From: Bacteroidales bacterium
Lineage (GTDB): Bacteria; Bacteroidota; Bacteroidia; Bacteroidales; VadinHA17
NCBI GenBank assembly: GCA_036261265.1
Contig: DATALC010000059.1
Coordinates: 11,124-75,123 of the forward strand
DNA length: 64,000 bases
Direction: 5' to 3'
Below the pieces are notes generated by a model that made no database searches, had not been told where the DNA came from, and saw nothing but the letters and a program-made list of their open reading frames with translations. A program made the translations under genes and the position numbers. Shown here piece after piece: positions 1 through 7,668 of this stretch (positions within the stretch are counted from its first letter, which is position 1; every line of letters starts with the position of its first letter).

Positions 1-123
1 AACTGTGATATAGTCCTGCTGGTCATTCTTTCCCTTCAGGGAAGAACCTGCAGATGCAGTCTGTACTGTGAAGCACAGCATCAGAATTACTGCAATTCCT
101 GTGAGTGTTTTTAAGTTTTTCAT
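1..123 (-). CDS. N-terminal fragment of a secreted protein; the gene continues beyond the window start
   Basis: Minus-strand ATG at 121-123. The translation MKNLKTLTGIAVILMLCFTVQTASAGSSLKGKNDQQDYITV stays open to position 1. It has a signal-peptide-like hydrophobic core with an AxA site. Confidence 0.4.
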   Translation of the reverse strand, partial: MKNLKTLTGIAVILMLCFTVQTASAGSSLKGKNDQQDYITV

Positions 124-281
124 GGCGTTAATAATTTATGTCAATTTTTTTGTGGTACAGTACTGTTTGTTTTCAATTCTAAGACCTGATGTCCGTGATT
201 GTACCCTATATTAATTTTCAAATCTTTTTTCATTTCTTTGGGGAAACCAGACCCCTGGTTTTATTATTTAACTTCTGACGT

Positions 282-1244
282 TTGAATATCACAAGAAAAT
301 ATATTAATGCATTTAAATCCGGAACCTCCTTCCTTGCCGGTTCGGCTCTTAAAAAGCCTTTAATATCGGGAATGCCACCTGCTATTGGCGTCGAGATGAC
401 GAATTTTTGTAATCTGCGATGCCCTGAATGTGCGTCTGGTTCAGGTACGATGAGGAGAGAAAAGGGTTTCATGGATACTGCTTTCTTTGTGCAGTTTATT
501 GAAGAATTAAAGCCATACCTCTTTAATATAAATCTTTACTTCCAGGGTGAGCCAATGATGCATCCTGATTTTTTTGCTTTCATAGATGCAACAGGACACT
601 TATATAAAACAATATCAACAAACGGCCATTTCCTGGATGAAGCAACTGCAATAAAGCTTGCAAATGCAGGAAGAGGCAGATTAATTATCTCTCTTGATGG
701 AATTGATAATGAAACTTATTCAAAGTACAGGAAGAACGGCAATATTGAAAAAGTTATTACGGGGATAAAGACTGTCGGAGCAGAATTCAGGAAAAGACAT
801 TCAAAAATGAAACTTGAGATCCAGGTCCTGTTGAATCGTTACAATGAACATCAGATAGATGCAATACATAAACTCTCCATGGAGAACGGGGCAACTCTTG
901 TAAAGAAATCAATGCAGGTTTGCAACCCGGAGGATATTCCTGCATGGATGCCGGAATCGAAGAAATACAGGCGTTATATTGAGGAGAACGGCAGTTACAG
1001 GATAAAAAGTTACTTTCCCAGGAGATGTGCAAGGTTATGGTTCAACCCTGTCGTTACATGGGAGGGAAAGGTGCTGCCGTGTTGCTTCGATAAGGATGCA
1101 GATTATATTATGGGAGATCTTAGGGAACAATCATTTCGTGAAATATGGCATGGAAGGAGATATCTTGAGTTCAGAAGAGCAGTGCTTTCAGGAAGAGAAA
1201 AAATCCCGATATGCAGGAACTGCACATCGGGATTATATCTGTGA
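282..1244 (+). CDS. radical SAM enzyme with a C-terminal SPASM-like Cys-rich domain
   Basis: CxxxCxxC motif in GVEMTNFCNLRCPEC. C-terminal cysteine clusters are CARLWFNP...LPCCFD...CRNCTSG. The start is TTG at 282, with an alternative ATG at 372. Confidence 0.8.
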   Translation: MNITRKYINAFKSGTSFLAGSALKKPLISGMPPAIGVEMTNFCNLRCPECASGSGTMRREKGFMDTAFFVQFIEELKPYLFNINLYFQGEPMMHPDFFAFIDATGHLYKTISTNGHFLDEATAIKLANAGRGRLIISLDGIDNETYSKYRKNGNIEKVITGIKTVGAEFRKRHSKMKLEIQVLLNRYNEHQIDAIHKLSMENGATLVKKSMQVCNPEDIPAWMPESKKYRRYIEENGSYRIKSYFPRRCARLWFNPVVTWEGKVLPCCFDKDADYIMGDLREQSFREIWHGRRYLEFRRAVLSGREKIPICRNCTSGLYL

Positions 1245-1258
1245 GCTGAATCTGCTGT

Positions 1259-1822
1259 CTAAACTGTGACCACTTCTTTTTCCTTGGCTGCCATCACCTT
1301 GTCTACTTTTGCATTATACACATGCACCATTTCCTGGATATTATCTGCAGCTTCTTTTTCAGTATCCTCGGGCAGGCCTTCCTTCAGGAGGGCTTTAAGT
1401 TCATCGAGGGCCCATTTACGTGCATTACGGACGCTGATCTTTGCGGTCTCGCCCTCGTTCCTCACCTGTTTTACAAGCTGATGCCTCCTTTCTTCTGTGA
1501 GCGGCGGAATATTAATCCTTATAACCTCACCGTTGTTTACAGGAGTGAGACCAATATTTGCAGCCATTATTGCTTTCTCGATAGTACCAAGCATATTCTT
1601 CTCCCAGGGCTGGATCATGATCGTTTTGGGATCAGGTGTATTTATATTGGAGACCTGGTTCAGTGGTGAATTCACCCCGTAGTAATCGACAGTGATTCCA
1701 TCGAGAAGTGCAGGGTTTGCTCTTCCGGCCCTGAGGCGTGCAAGCTCGTGCTCAAGATGCTCGACGGCTTTCTCCATCCTGTCTTTAGTCTCTTCAGTGA
1801 TCAGTTCAACTTCTTCGTCCAT
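1259..1822 (-). CDS. frr: ribosome recycling factor
   Basis: 187 aa. The full-length RRF pattern is present (RAGRANPALLDGITVDYYG...NIPPLTEERR...VRNARK). Confidence 0.95.
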   Translation of the reverse strand: MDEEVELITEETKDRMEKAVEHLEHELARLRAGRANPALLDGITVDYYGVNSPLNQVSNINTPDPKTIMIQPWEKNMLGTIEKAIMAANIGLTPVNNGEVIRINIPPLTEERRHQLVKQVRNEGETAKISVRNARKWALDELKALLKEGLPEDTEKEAADNIQEMVHVYNAKVDKVMAAKEKEVVTV

Positions 1823-1892
1823 TATGTTATTTTTTTAATTAAAACCTTTCTTTAAACAAATATAATAAAAAAGGTAGAAATAGTCAATTCAT

Positions 1893-2597
1893 TCACCTGC
1901 TTACTATTGTGCCGATATTATGTCCTTCTATGATTTTAAGGAGATTACCGGGCTTATTCATATCAAATACTATGATAGGCATGTTGTTCTCACGGCACAT
2001 CGTGAATGCTGTCAGATCCATAACCTTCAGCCTGCGATCGATTACCTCCTCGAAAGTGATCTTTTCATATCTCACTGCATCAGGTACCTTCTCCGGATCA
2101 GCTGAATAAACCCCGTCTACCCTGGTGCCTTTCAGAAGAACATCAGCCCCTGTTTCGACTGCTCTTAAGGCTGATGCAGTATCCGTTGTAAAGAACGGGT
2201 TACCTGTTCCTCCCGCAAGGATGCATACATAACCTTCTTTCATTGCTTCAACCACCTTATCCCTGTTGTACAGCTCTCCGACAGGTTCCATCCTTATAGA
2301 TGTAAAAACCTTTGCTTTTCCGCCTGCACGTATAATACCACTTTCGAGGGCAAGACTGTTGATTACAGTTGCAAGCATACCCATCTGATCGCCTTTAAGC
2401 CTGTCGAAACCTGATTGAGTTCCGCTTAAGCCCCTGAAAATATTTCCGCCACCTATAACTATTGAAATTTCACAGCTTTCAGAAGCTTTTGCTATCTGTT
2501 CTGAATATTCAAGGAGGACTGCATCGCTAATGCCATTGTTTTCCTCACCGGCAAGTGACTCACCGCTGAGCTTCAAAAGTATCCGGGAATATGACAT
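1893..2597 (-). CDS. pyrH: UMP kinase
   Basis: 234 aa. Motifs ILLKLSGESL, GGGNIFRG and GTGNPFFTTDTAAALRA-like are present. It sits in the conserved tsf-pyrH-frr order. Confidence 0.95.
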   Translation of the reverse strand: MSYSRILLKLSGESLAGEENNGISDAVLLEYSEQIAKASESCEISIVIGGGNIFRGLSGTQSGFDRLKGDQMGMLATVINSLALESGIIRAGGKAKVFTSIRMEPVGELYNRDKVVEAMKEGYVCILAGGTGNPFFTTDTASALRAVETGADVLLKGTRVDGVYSADPEKVPDAVRYEKITFEEVIDRRLKVMDLTAFTMCRENNMPIIVFDMNKPGNLLKIIEGHNIGTIVSR

Positions 2598-2633
2598 TTA
2601 ATTTTACTTTTTAGTAATGAGGTTAACAAAGTT

Positions 2634-2670
2634 AAAAAAAAAGTGGCCCCGGTAAAAATATCGGGGCCAC
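2634..2670 (-). terminator. Rho-independent terminator downstream of tsf
   Basis: Perfect 9-bp stem GTGGCCCCG (2643-2651) / CGGGGCCAC (2662-2670). On the minus strand it is followed by a run of 9 U, seen as the plus-strand A-run 2634-2642. Confidence 0.7.
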
Positions 2671-2695
2671 ATGATATCGAATATGAACTTACGTA

Positions 2696-3526
2696 TTAAA
2701 GATTAAGCGAGTATCTCTTGAAATCAGTAACTGTAAGGTCCTTCATGGCAGACTGTAAGTACTGCCTGATAGTCATTTTATTATCCTTGACAAAATCCTG
2801 GTTGAGGAGAGTGCTTTCCTTGTAGAATTTGGTAAGCTTCCCCTGTGCTATTTTATCAAGCATTTCTTCAGGTTTTCCGTCACGACGGGCCTGCTCACGA
2901 CCTATCTCGAGTTCCTGATCAATAACATTCTGAGGTACATTTTCCTTATCAACTGCAACCGGGCTCATTGCAGCTACCTGCATAGCTACATCTTTATAAA
3001 CCTGGATGTCGGCATTTGCTTTATTAAAACCGACAAGAACAGCAAGCTTATTCCCGGGATGAATATAAGCCTGAACATGCTCTGCCTGGATCTTATCAAA
3101 ATATGACAGATCGAGCTTTTCGCCGATAATTCCAATATATTCAACTACTTTGTCGCCTACTTTTCCGCCATCGAATGGAAGAGCTTTAAGCTCATCGAGA
3201 TTTGAAGGATTTTTTGCAAGTGCAAGATCAAGGATCTTATTTGCAAGGCCTATGAAATCGGCATTCTTTGCAACAAAGTCAGTCTCGCTGTTAAGAACGA
3301 TCATTGCTCCAAGCTTTCCATCCGAAGCTACTTTTGAAAGTACAACACCTTCAGTTGCTTCCCTGTCTGAACGCTTGTTTGCAACAGCCTGTCCTTTTTT
3401 ACGTATTATTTCAATAGCCTTGTCGAAGTTACCGTCTGCTTCCTCCAGAGCTTTCTTGCAGTCCATCATTCCGGCAAGAGTAACTCTTCTCAATTTTGCA
3501 ACATCGGCAGAACTTATATTAGCCAT
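2696..3526 (-). CDS. tsf: translation elongation factor Ts
   Basis: 276 aa. The N-terminal UBA-like region is VAKLRRVTLAGMMDCKKALEEADGNFDKAIE, and an EF-Ts dimerisation core follows. Confidence 0.95.
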   Translation of the reverse strand: MANISSADVAKLRRVTLAGMMDCKKALEEADGNFDKAIEIIRKKGQAVANKRSDREATEGVVLSKVASDGKLGAMIVLNSETDFVAKNADFIGLANKILDLALAKNPSNLDELKALPFDGGKVGDKVVEYIGIIGEKLDLSYFDKIQAEHVQAYIHPGNKLAVLVGFNKANADIQVYKDVAMQVAAMSPVAVDKENVPQNVIDQELEIGREQARRDGKPEEMLDKIAQGKLTKFYKESTLLNQDFVKDNKMTIRQYLQSAMKDLTVTDFKRYSLNL

Positions 3527-3555
3527 AATGAATTTTCTTTTAATTGTTAACCAAA

Positions 3556-4431
3556 CTATTTTTCTTCTTCCTCTTCTTCAGAGTCTTCGATAATTTCGTC
3601 TTCTGTTACTTCTTCCTCTTCAACTTCTTCCTCTTCTTCCTCTTCAATCCTGTTCTCGATCAGAGAAGCTGAAATTTCCTTTGTATCAAAATCTTTCTTC
3701 GAAATTTTCTTTTCCTTCTGCTGAGGTTCCTTGTCTTTGTCGATCTTTCTCTCGCTCAGACCTTCTTCAATAGCCTGGCAGAGTATTCCAACGATGAGTG
3801 AAATTGATTTTGAAGCATCATCATTGGCTGGGATCGGGAAGTCGATATCTGAAGGATCAGAGTTTGTGTCGACCATTGCAAAAACAGGGATTCCCAATCT
3901 TTTTGCTTCTCTTACGGCAATGTGCTCTTTTGAAACGTCAACAATAAAAAGAGCCGAAGGCAGTCTTGTAAGATCTGTGATGCTGCCAAGGGTTTTTTCA
4001 AGCTTGGCCCTCTGCCTTGTTATCTGAAGCCTTTCACGTTTTGAAAGGTTAAGGAATGTACCGTCATTAGCCATCTTGTCGATTGAGGACATTTTCTTCA
4101 CAGCTTTACGGATAGTGGGGAAGTTGGTGAGCATTCCACCCGGCCAGCGTTCCACAACATAAGGCATATTAACTGCCTTTACTTTTTCGGCAACTATTTC
4201 TTTTGCCTGTTTTTTTGTTGCAACGAACAGTACTTTCTTTCCTGATCTTGCAATCTGTTTCATTGCTGAAGCTGCTTCATCGATTTTTTCTGAAGTTTTT
4301 TCAAGATCGATGATGTGGATACCGTTACGCTCCATGAAGATGTAAGGAGCCATTGCGGGATTCCATTTTCTTTTTAGATGCCCGAAATGAACACCGGCAT
4401 CGAGTAATTCTTTGAAATTTGTTCTCGGCAT
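3556..4431 (-). CDS. rpsB: 30S ribosomal protein S2 with a poly-Glu C-terminal tail
   Basis: The GVHFGHLKRKWNPAMAPYIF motif is present. The C-terminal ~30 aa are almost entirely E/D (EEEEEEVEEEEVTEDEIIEDSEEEEEEK). Confidence 0.95.
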   Translation of the reverse strand: MPRTNFKELLDAGVHFGHLKRKWNPAMAPYIFMERNGIHIIDLEKTSEKIDEAASAMKQIARSGKKVLFVATKKQAKEIVAEKVKAVNMPYVVERWPGGMLTNFPTIRKAVKKMSSIDKMANDGTFLNLSKRERLQITRQRAKLEKTLGSITDLTRLPSALFIVDVSKEHIAVREAKRLGIPVFAMVDTNSDPSDIDFPIPANDDASKSISLIVGILCQAIEEGLSERKIDKDKEPQQKEKKISKKDFDTKEISASLIENRIEEEEEEEVEEEEVTEDEIIEDSEEEEEEK

Positions 4432-4528
4432 TTTATTATTTTTAAGTTTACATTCTGTTTGATCAATCGCAAAGTAGTTCCGTCGGGAAGTCTCTGCAAT
4501 TTAGATACTAAACTTCATCTGTCAGGTA

Positions 4529-4915
4529 CTAACGTTTACTGAACTGGAATCTTCTGCGGGCTTTTGGCTGGCCCGGTTTCTTCCTTTCAACTTCACGCGG
4601 ATCGCGCGTTACAAAACCGTTAGACTTAAGAATAGACTTGTTTTCAGCATCAACCTGGATGAGAGCTCTTGTGATTCCAAGACGGAGAGCCTCGGCCTGT
4701 CCCTTTACTCCACCGCCATCGAGGTTAACATTAATATCATATTTATCTGTGGCGTTAAGCACTACAAGCGGCTGGGTAACAACATACTGAAGCGTTTCAG
4801 CTCCGAAATATTCCTTGTAATCCCTTCCGTTAATTGTAATATTGCCTTTTCCGTCACTTAAATATACCCGTGCAACTGCTGCTTTTCTTCTTCCAAGAGC
4901 ATTGACTGATTCCAT
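4529..4915 (-). CDS. rpsI: 30S ribosomal protein S9
   Basis: 128 aa. It contains GRRKAAVARVYL and ends in the basic tail KPGQPKARRRFQFSKR. Confidence 0.95.
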   Translation of the reverse strand: MESVNALGRRKAAVARVYLSDGKGNITINGRDYKEYFGAETLQYVVTQPLVVLNATDKYDINVNLDGGGVKGQAEALRLGITRALIQVDAENKSILKSNGFVTRDPREVERKKPGQPKARRRFQFSKR

Positions 4916-4934
4916 ACCTGCTTCTTATAATATA

Positions 4935-5378
4935 TTAAAGTTCTATTTTCCTTGGTTTCTGTGCTTCATGCGGATGTTCCGAACCTGCATAAACATGCAG
5001 ATTCCTGTAAAGTTCGCTTCCAAGCCTGTTCTTCGGCAACATTCCTTTGATTGCTGTTTCAACAAGCGAAAGAGGATTCTTCTGAAGCATCTGGCTTGCA
5101 GTTGCAAATCTCTGACCGCCGGGATAACCTGTATGACGGGTGTAAACCTTGTCAGTCATTTTCTTTCCTGTGAGTTGCACTTTCTCAGCATTTACGATAA
5201 TCACGTTATCTCCGCAATCAACATGCGGTGTGAAGTTTGTCTTATGCTTCCCTCTGAGCATCGATGCAGCCAGTGTTGCAAGCCTGCCCAAAACCTGTCC
5301 TTCAGCATCTATAATAACCCACTCCTTGTTCACAGTAGCTTTATTTGCCGAAACTGTCTTATAGCTTAAGGTGTCCAC
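4935..5378 (-). CDS. rplM: 50S ribosomal protein L13
   Basis: 147 aa. WVIIDAEGQVLGRLAT and the downstream L13 pattern are present. It lies directly upstream of rpsI. Confidence 0.95.
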   Translation of the reverse strand: MDTLSYKTVSANKATVNKEWVIIDAEGQVLGRLATLAASMLRGKHKTNFTPHVDCGDNVIIVNAEKVQLTGKKMTDKVYTRHTGYPGGQRFATASQMLQKNPLSLVETAIKGMLPKNRLGSELYRNLHVYAGSEHPHEAQKPRKIEL

Positions 5379-5440
5379 TTGTATTGTTTTTTAATTGATA
5401 TACTTCTCTTTAAACTGTTTTACCCATATTTTAGGGTTTG

Positions 5441-5448
5441 CAAAAATA
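5441..5448 (-). promoter_or_regulatory. candidate Bacteroidota -7 promoter box (TAnnTTTG) for the rplM operon
   Basis: The minus strand reads TATTTTTG, 63 nt upstream of the rplM start. This is a pattern match only. Confidence 0.25.
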
Positions 5449-5533
5449 CAATATATTTCATAAAAAAAAAGAATAATCACATGATTTTCTTTCTTTTTGT
5501 TTCGATGAAACATAACGCGGCGCAAAAATAAAA

Positions 5534-5541
5534 TACTTTTG
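5534..5541 (+). promoter_or_regulatory. candidate -7 promoter box (TAnnTTTG) for the deaminase/glycosylase pair
   Basis: TACTTTTG lies 18 nt upstream of the ATG at 5559. This is a pattern match only. Confidence 0.3.
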
Positions 5542-5558
5542 CATTTTTATAAAATTAA

Positions 5559-5837
5559 ATGGAATACAGACACAAAACTTTTCTTGCACATTCTGTAAAG
5601 ATTGCTCTTAGAGGTTTCGAAAATGGCAGTGGACCTTTCGGTGCCGTAATTACAATGAATTATGAAATACTTGCTGAATCATATAACAGGGTAGTACTTG
5701 ATAGCGATCCTACAGCCCATGCCGAAGTACTTGTTATCAGGGAAGCTTCCTCAAAATTGAAAACCCACGATCTCAGCAACTGCATTTTATATACTTCATG
5801 TGAACCATGCCCGATGTGCCTTGGTGCACCATATTAA
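5559..5837 (+). CDS. guanine-deaminase-like CDA-fold zinc deaminase, C-terminally truncated (92 aa; possible pseudogene)
   Basis: HAE (TAHAEVLVI) and PCxxC (CEPCPMCLGA) zinc motifs are present. The ORF stops 5 residues after PCPMC, so the usual ~60 aa C-terminal part of the fold is missing. Confidence 0.6.
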   Translation: MEYRHKTFLAHSVKIALRGFENGSGPFGAVITMNYEILAESYNRVVLDSDPTAHAEVLVIREASSKLKTHDLSNCILYTSCEPCPMCLGAPY

Positions 5838-5839
5838 TC

Positions 5840-6388
5840 ATGGAAAAAGGCGGGCGACTTGATAGGGAGTTTTTTATACGCGACGTTCTTGAAGTTGCGC
5901 CTGATCTGCCGGGGAAGAATCTGGTATTCTGTAGTAATGGCAGTATTGCAAAGCTTATGATAAATGAAGTTGAGGCTTACCGCGGAGAGGAGGATCTTGC
6001 ATGTCATGCAGCCAAAGGACGTACAAAACGTACCGAAATGTTGTATCATGAGGGCGGGAACATCTATGTCTATTTCATATACGGGATGTACTGGATGCTG
6101 AACTTTGTAACAGGTTCTGAAGGAATTCCGCAGGCTGTTCTAATAAGGGGAGCAGGTATTTTCAACGGTCCGGGAAAGCTGGCGAGGGCTATTGGCATTG
6201 ACAGATCGTTTTATGGTGAAGATCTTACAAGCTCAGATAGGATCTGGGTCGAAGAGACCGGGATCAGACCTGTTATTCAGACTAGCCCGAGAATCGGAGT
6301 TGACTATTCGGGAGAAACCTGGAAGAATAAACCCTGGAGATATTTTATTGACAGGCGCCTGTATGAGCCGCCGGATTTAGGAAAATGA
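5840..6388 (+). CDS. DNA-3-methyladenine glycosylase, MPG/AAG family
   Basis: The sequence EVEAYRGEEDLACHAAKGRTKRTEMLYHEGGNIYVYFIYGMYWMLN...PRIGV is typical of the MPG family. The ATG at 5840 lies 2 nt after the deaminase stop. The listed ORF start 5807 overlaps the deaminase. Confidence 0.85.
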   Translation: MEKGGRLDREFFIRDVLEVAPDLPGKNLVFCSNGSIAKLMINEVEAYRGEEDLACHAAKGRTKRTEMLYHEGGNIYVYFIYGMYWMLNFVTGSEGIPQAVLIRGAGIFNGPGKLARAIGIDRSFYGEDLTSSDRIWVEETGIRPVIQTSPRIGVDYSGETWKNKPWRYFIDRRLYEPPDLGK

Positions 6389-6391
6389 GGA

Positions 6392-7546
6392 TCATTTGAT
6401 TATGAGTAGCCTGAAAATATCTTCAAAATTTAAGTGAAGCGTAGCTGCATAATCAAGTCGTTTTTCGCACATGTCGTAATAGGTGTCGATACCGAAAAAC
6501 AGCTCAAGATAATCCTCAGGCAACAGCTTCAGATATGCTGACCCGGTTATAATTTCTCTTTTGCGGATAACATATTTTGAATCAAACCTGTATACGCTTG
6601 CGAAGATTCCATTCCCGTTGGGTGCATAGAAATTATTCGCAACCCAGTATGAGGATCCGAAATAAAACCTTTTAATATCGTAGTGCAATCTCCACCATGA
6701 AGCATGACCATGTGAGATAATGTAAGTTTCTCTTTCAGGGATCACGCTGTTCAGAAAGCCTGTATACTCAACACCGATTTTCCCTGTCATATCTCCTGTA
6801 TTGAAATTCACTCTCAACCCGGAAGCCAGGTTGAAGAAAGTAGTCACATGCTCAGGATAATTGCTTACCTGTCCTCCGAAATGCTTAAACTGGATCTGAA
6901 CAGGTATTTCAATATTGAAAGGTGAAGCTGTCTCATGTGAAACATATCTGAAAGATTCCCCGAATGTGAATATTTCCCTTTCTGTATCACCTGTGAAAAT
7001 GAAATTTTCCCAGTTGATCCATGCATCATTGAAGATGTGCTTTCTTTCAGTCCTGATCTGAAAACCGTTCTCAGAATAATCTGTATATAGTCTTTCAAAA
7101 TTGAAGTGTGGATCGAACATCCTGTGTTTATCGCTTCCTGAAAGTGAGCCGATCGTTAGGATTGTACCGGGAGCTATCTGAATCGATGTGGAGAGGACAG
7201 GCTTTATTTGTGTGAATCCTCCTGCGCCCCAGTATTTCAGGAAATGGGCACCGGCTCTCAATGATAACTTTTCAGTCGGATTATAAACCACTTCGGGACG
7301 GAAGAAGAAACCTGTCAGCGTATAACCCTCGATCCATAATGATTTGTCGATCCAAAGGGGGATTTCACCTGAAAGATGAAAACCAGGGCTTCCCAAAGGA
7401 TTGAAGTATTCATCATTCCGTATGAAGTTCATCGATTTGATGCTGAGAGAAAGCTCTTTTTCTGCCTGATCCCTGTTTTCATCCTGCGCTCCAAGTTGAC
7501 CTGAAGCAAGAAAAAACACGATAAAGGCAAAATACAGGTACTTCAT
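6392..7546 (-). CDS. hypothetical secreted protein, probably an outer-membrane beta-barrel
   Basis: It has the signal peptide MKYLYFAFIVFFLASGQLGAQ, alternating aromatic/hydrophilic beta-strand-like composition and a C-terminal aromatic-rich end. No family was recognised. Confidence 0.5.
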   Translation of the reverse strand: MKYLYFAFIVFFLASGQLGAQDENRDQAEKELSLSIKSMNFIRNDEYFNPLGSPGFHLSGEIPLWIDKSLWIEGYTLTGFFFRPEVVYNPTEKLSLRAGAHFLKYWGAGGFTQIKPVLSTSIQIAPGTILTIGSLSGSDKHRMFDPHFNFERLYTDYSENGFQIRTERKHIFNDAWINWENFIFTGDTEREIFTFGESFRYVSHETASPFNIEIPVQIQFKHFGGQVSNYPEHVTTFFNLASGLRVNFNTGDMTGKIGVEYTGFLNSVIPERETYIISHGHASWWRLHYDIKRFYFGSSYWVANNFYAPNGNGIFASVYRFDSKYVIRKREIITGSAYLKLLPEDYLELFFGIDTYYDMCEKRLDYAATLHLNFEDIFRLLIIK

Positions 7547-7668
7547 TTCCGGCGGTTTAGAACAAAAATAGTTTTTTTCCGGCAGTTAAATTGTTGTTAA
7601 AACGATTTGTACCCCGTTTCATGTGATATATTTTTCCGTTATTTGTTGTCTGAATTAAATTTAACATT

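Noticed and set aside
230-472. 80-aa minus-strand ORF overlapping the radical SAM gene start
   Set aside because: It is antisense to a well-supported CDS and has no motifs, so it is treated as spurious.
3559-3651. GAA/GAG-rich low-complexity DNA that looks like a microsatellite
   Set aside because: It is in frame and encodes the poly-Glu C-terminal tail of ribosomal protein S2. This is a compositional protein feature, not a non-coding repeat.
5807-5842. Possible programmed frameshift fusing the deaminase to the MPG glycosylase (the frames overlap for 31 nt)
   Set aside because: There is no slippery heptamer or stimulatory structure. The glycosylase has its own ATG at 5840 with a conserved N-terminus. 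The overlap is just the alternative frame of the deaminase 3' end.
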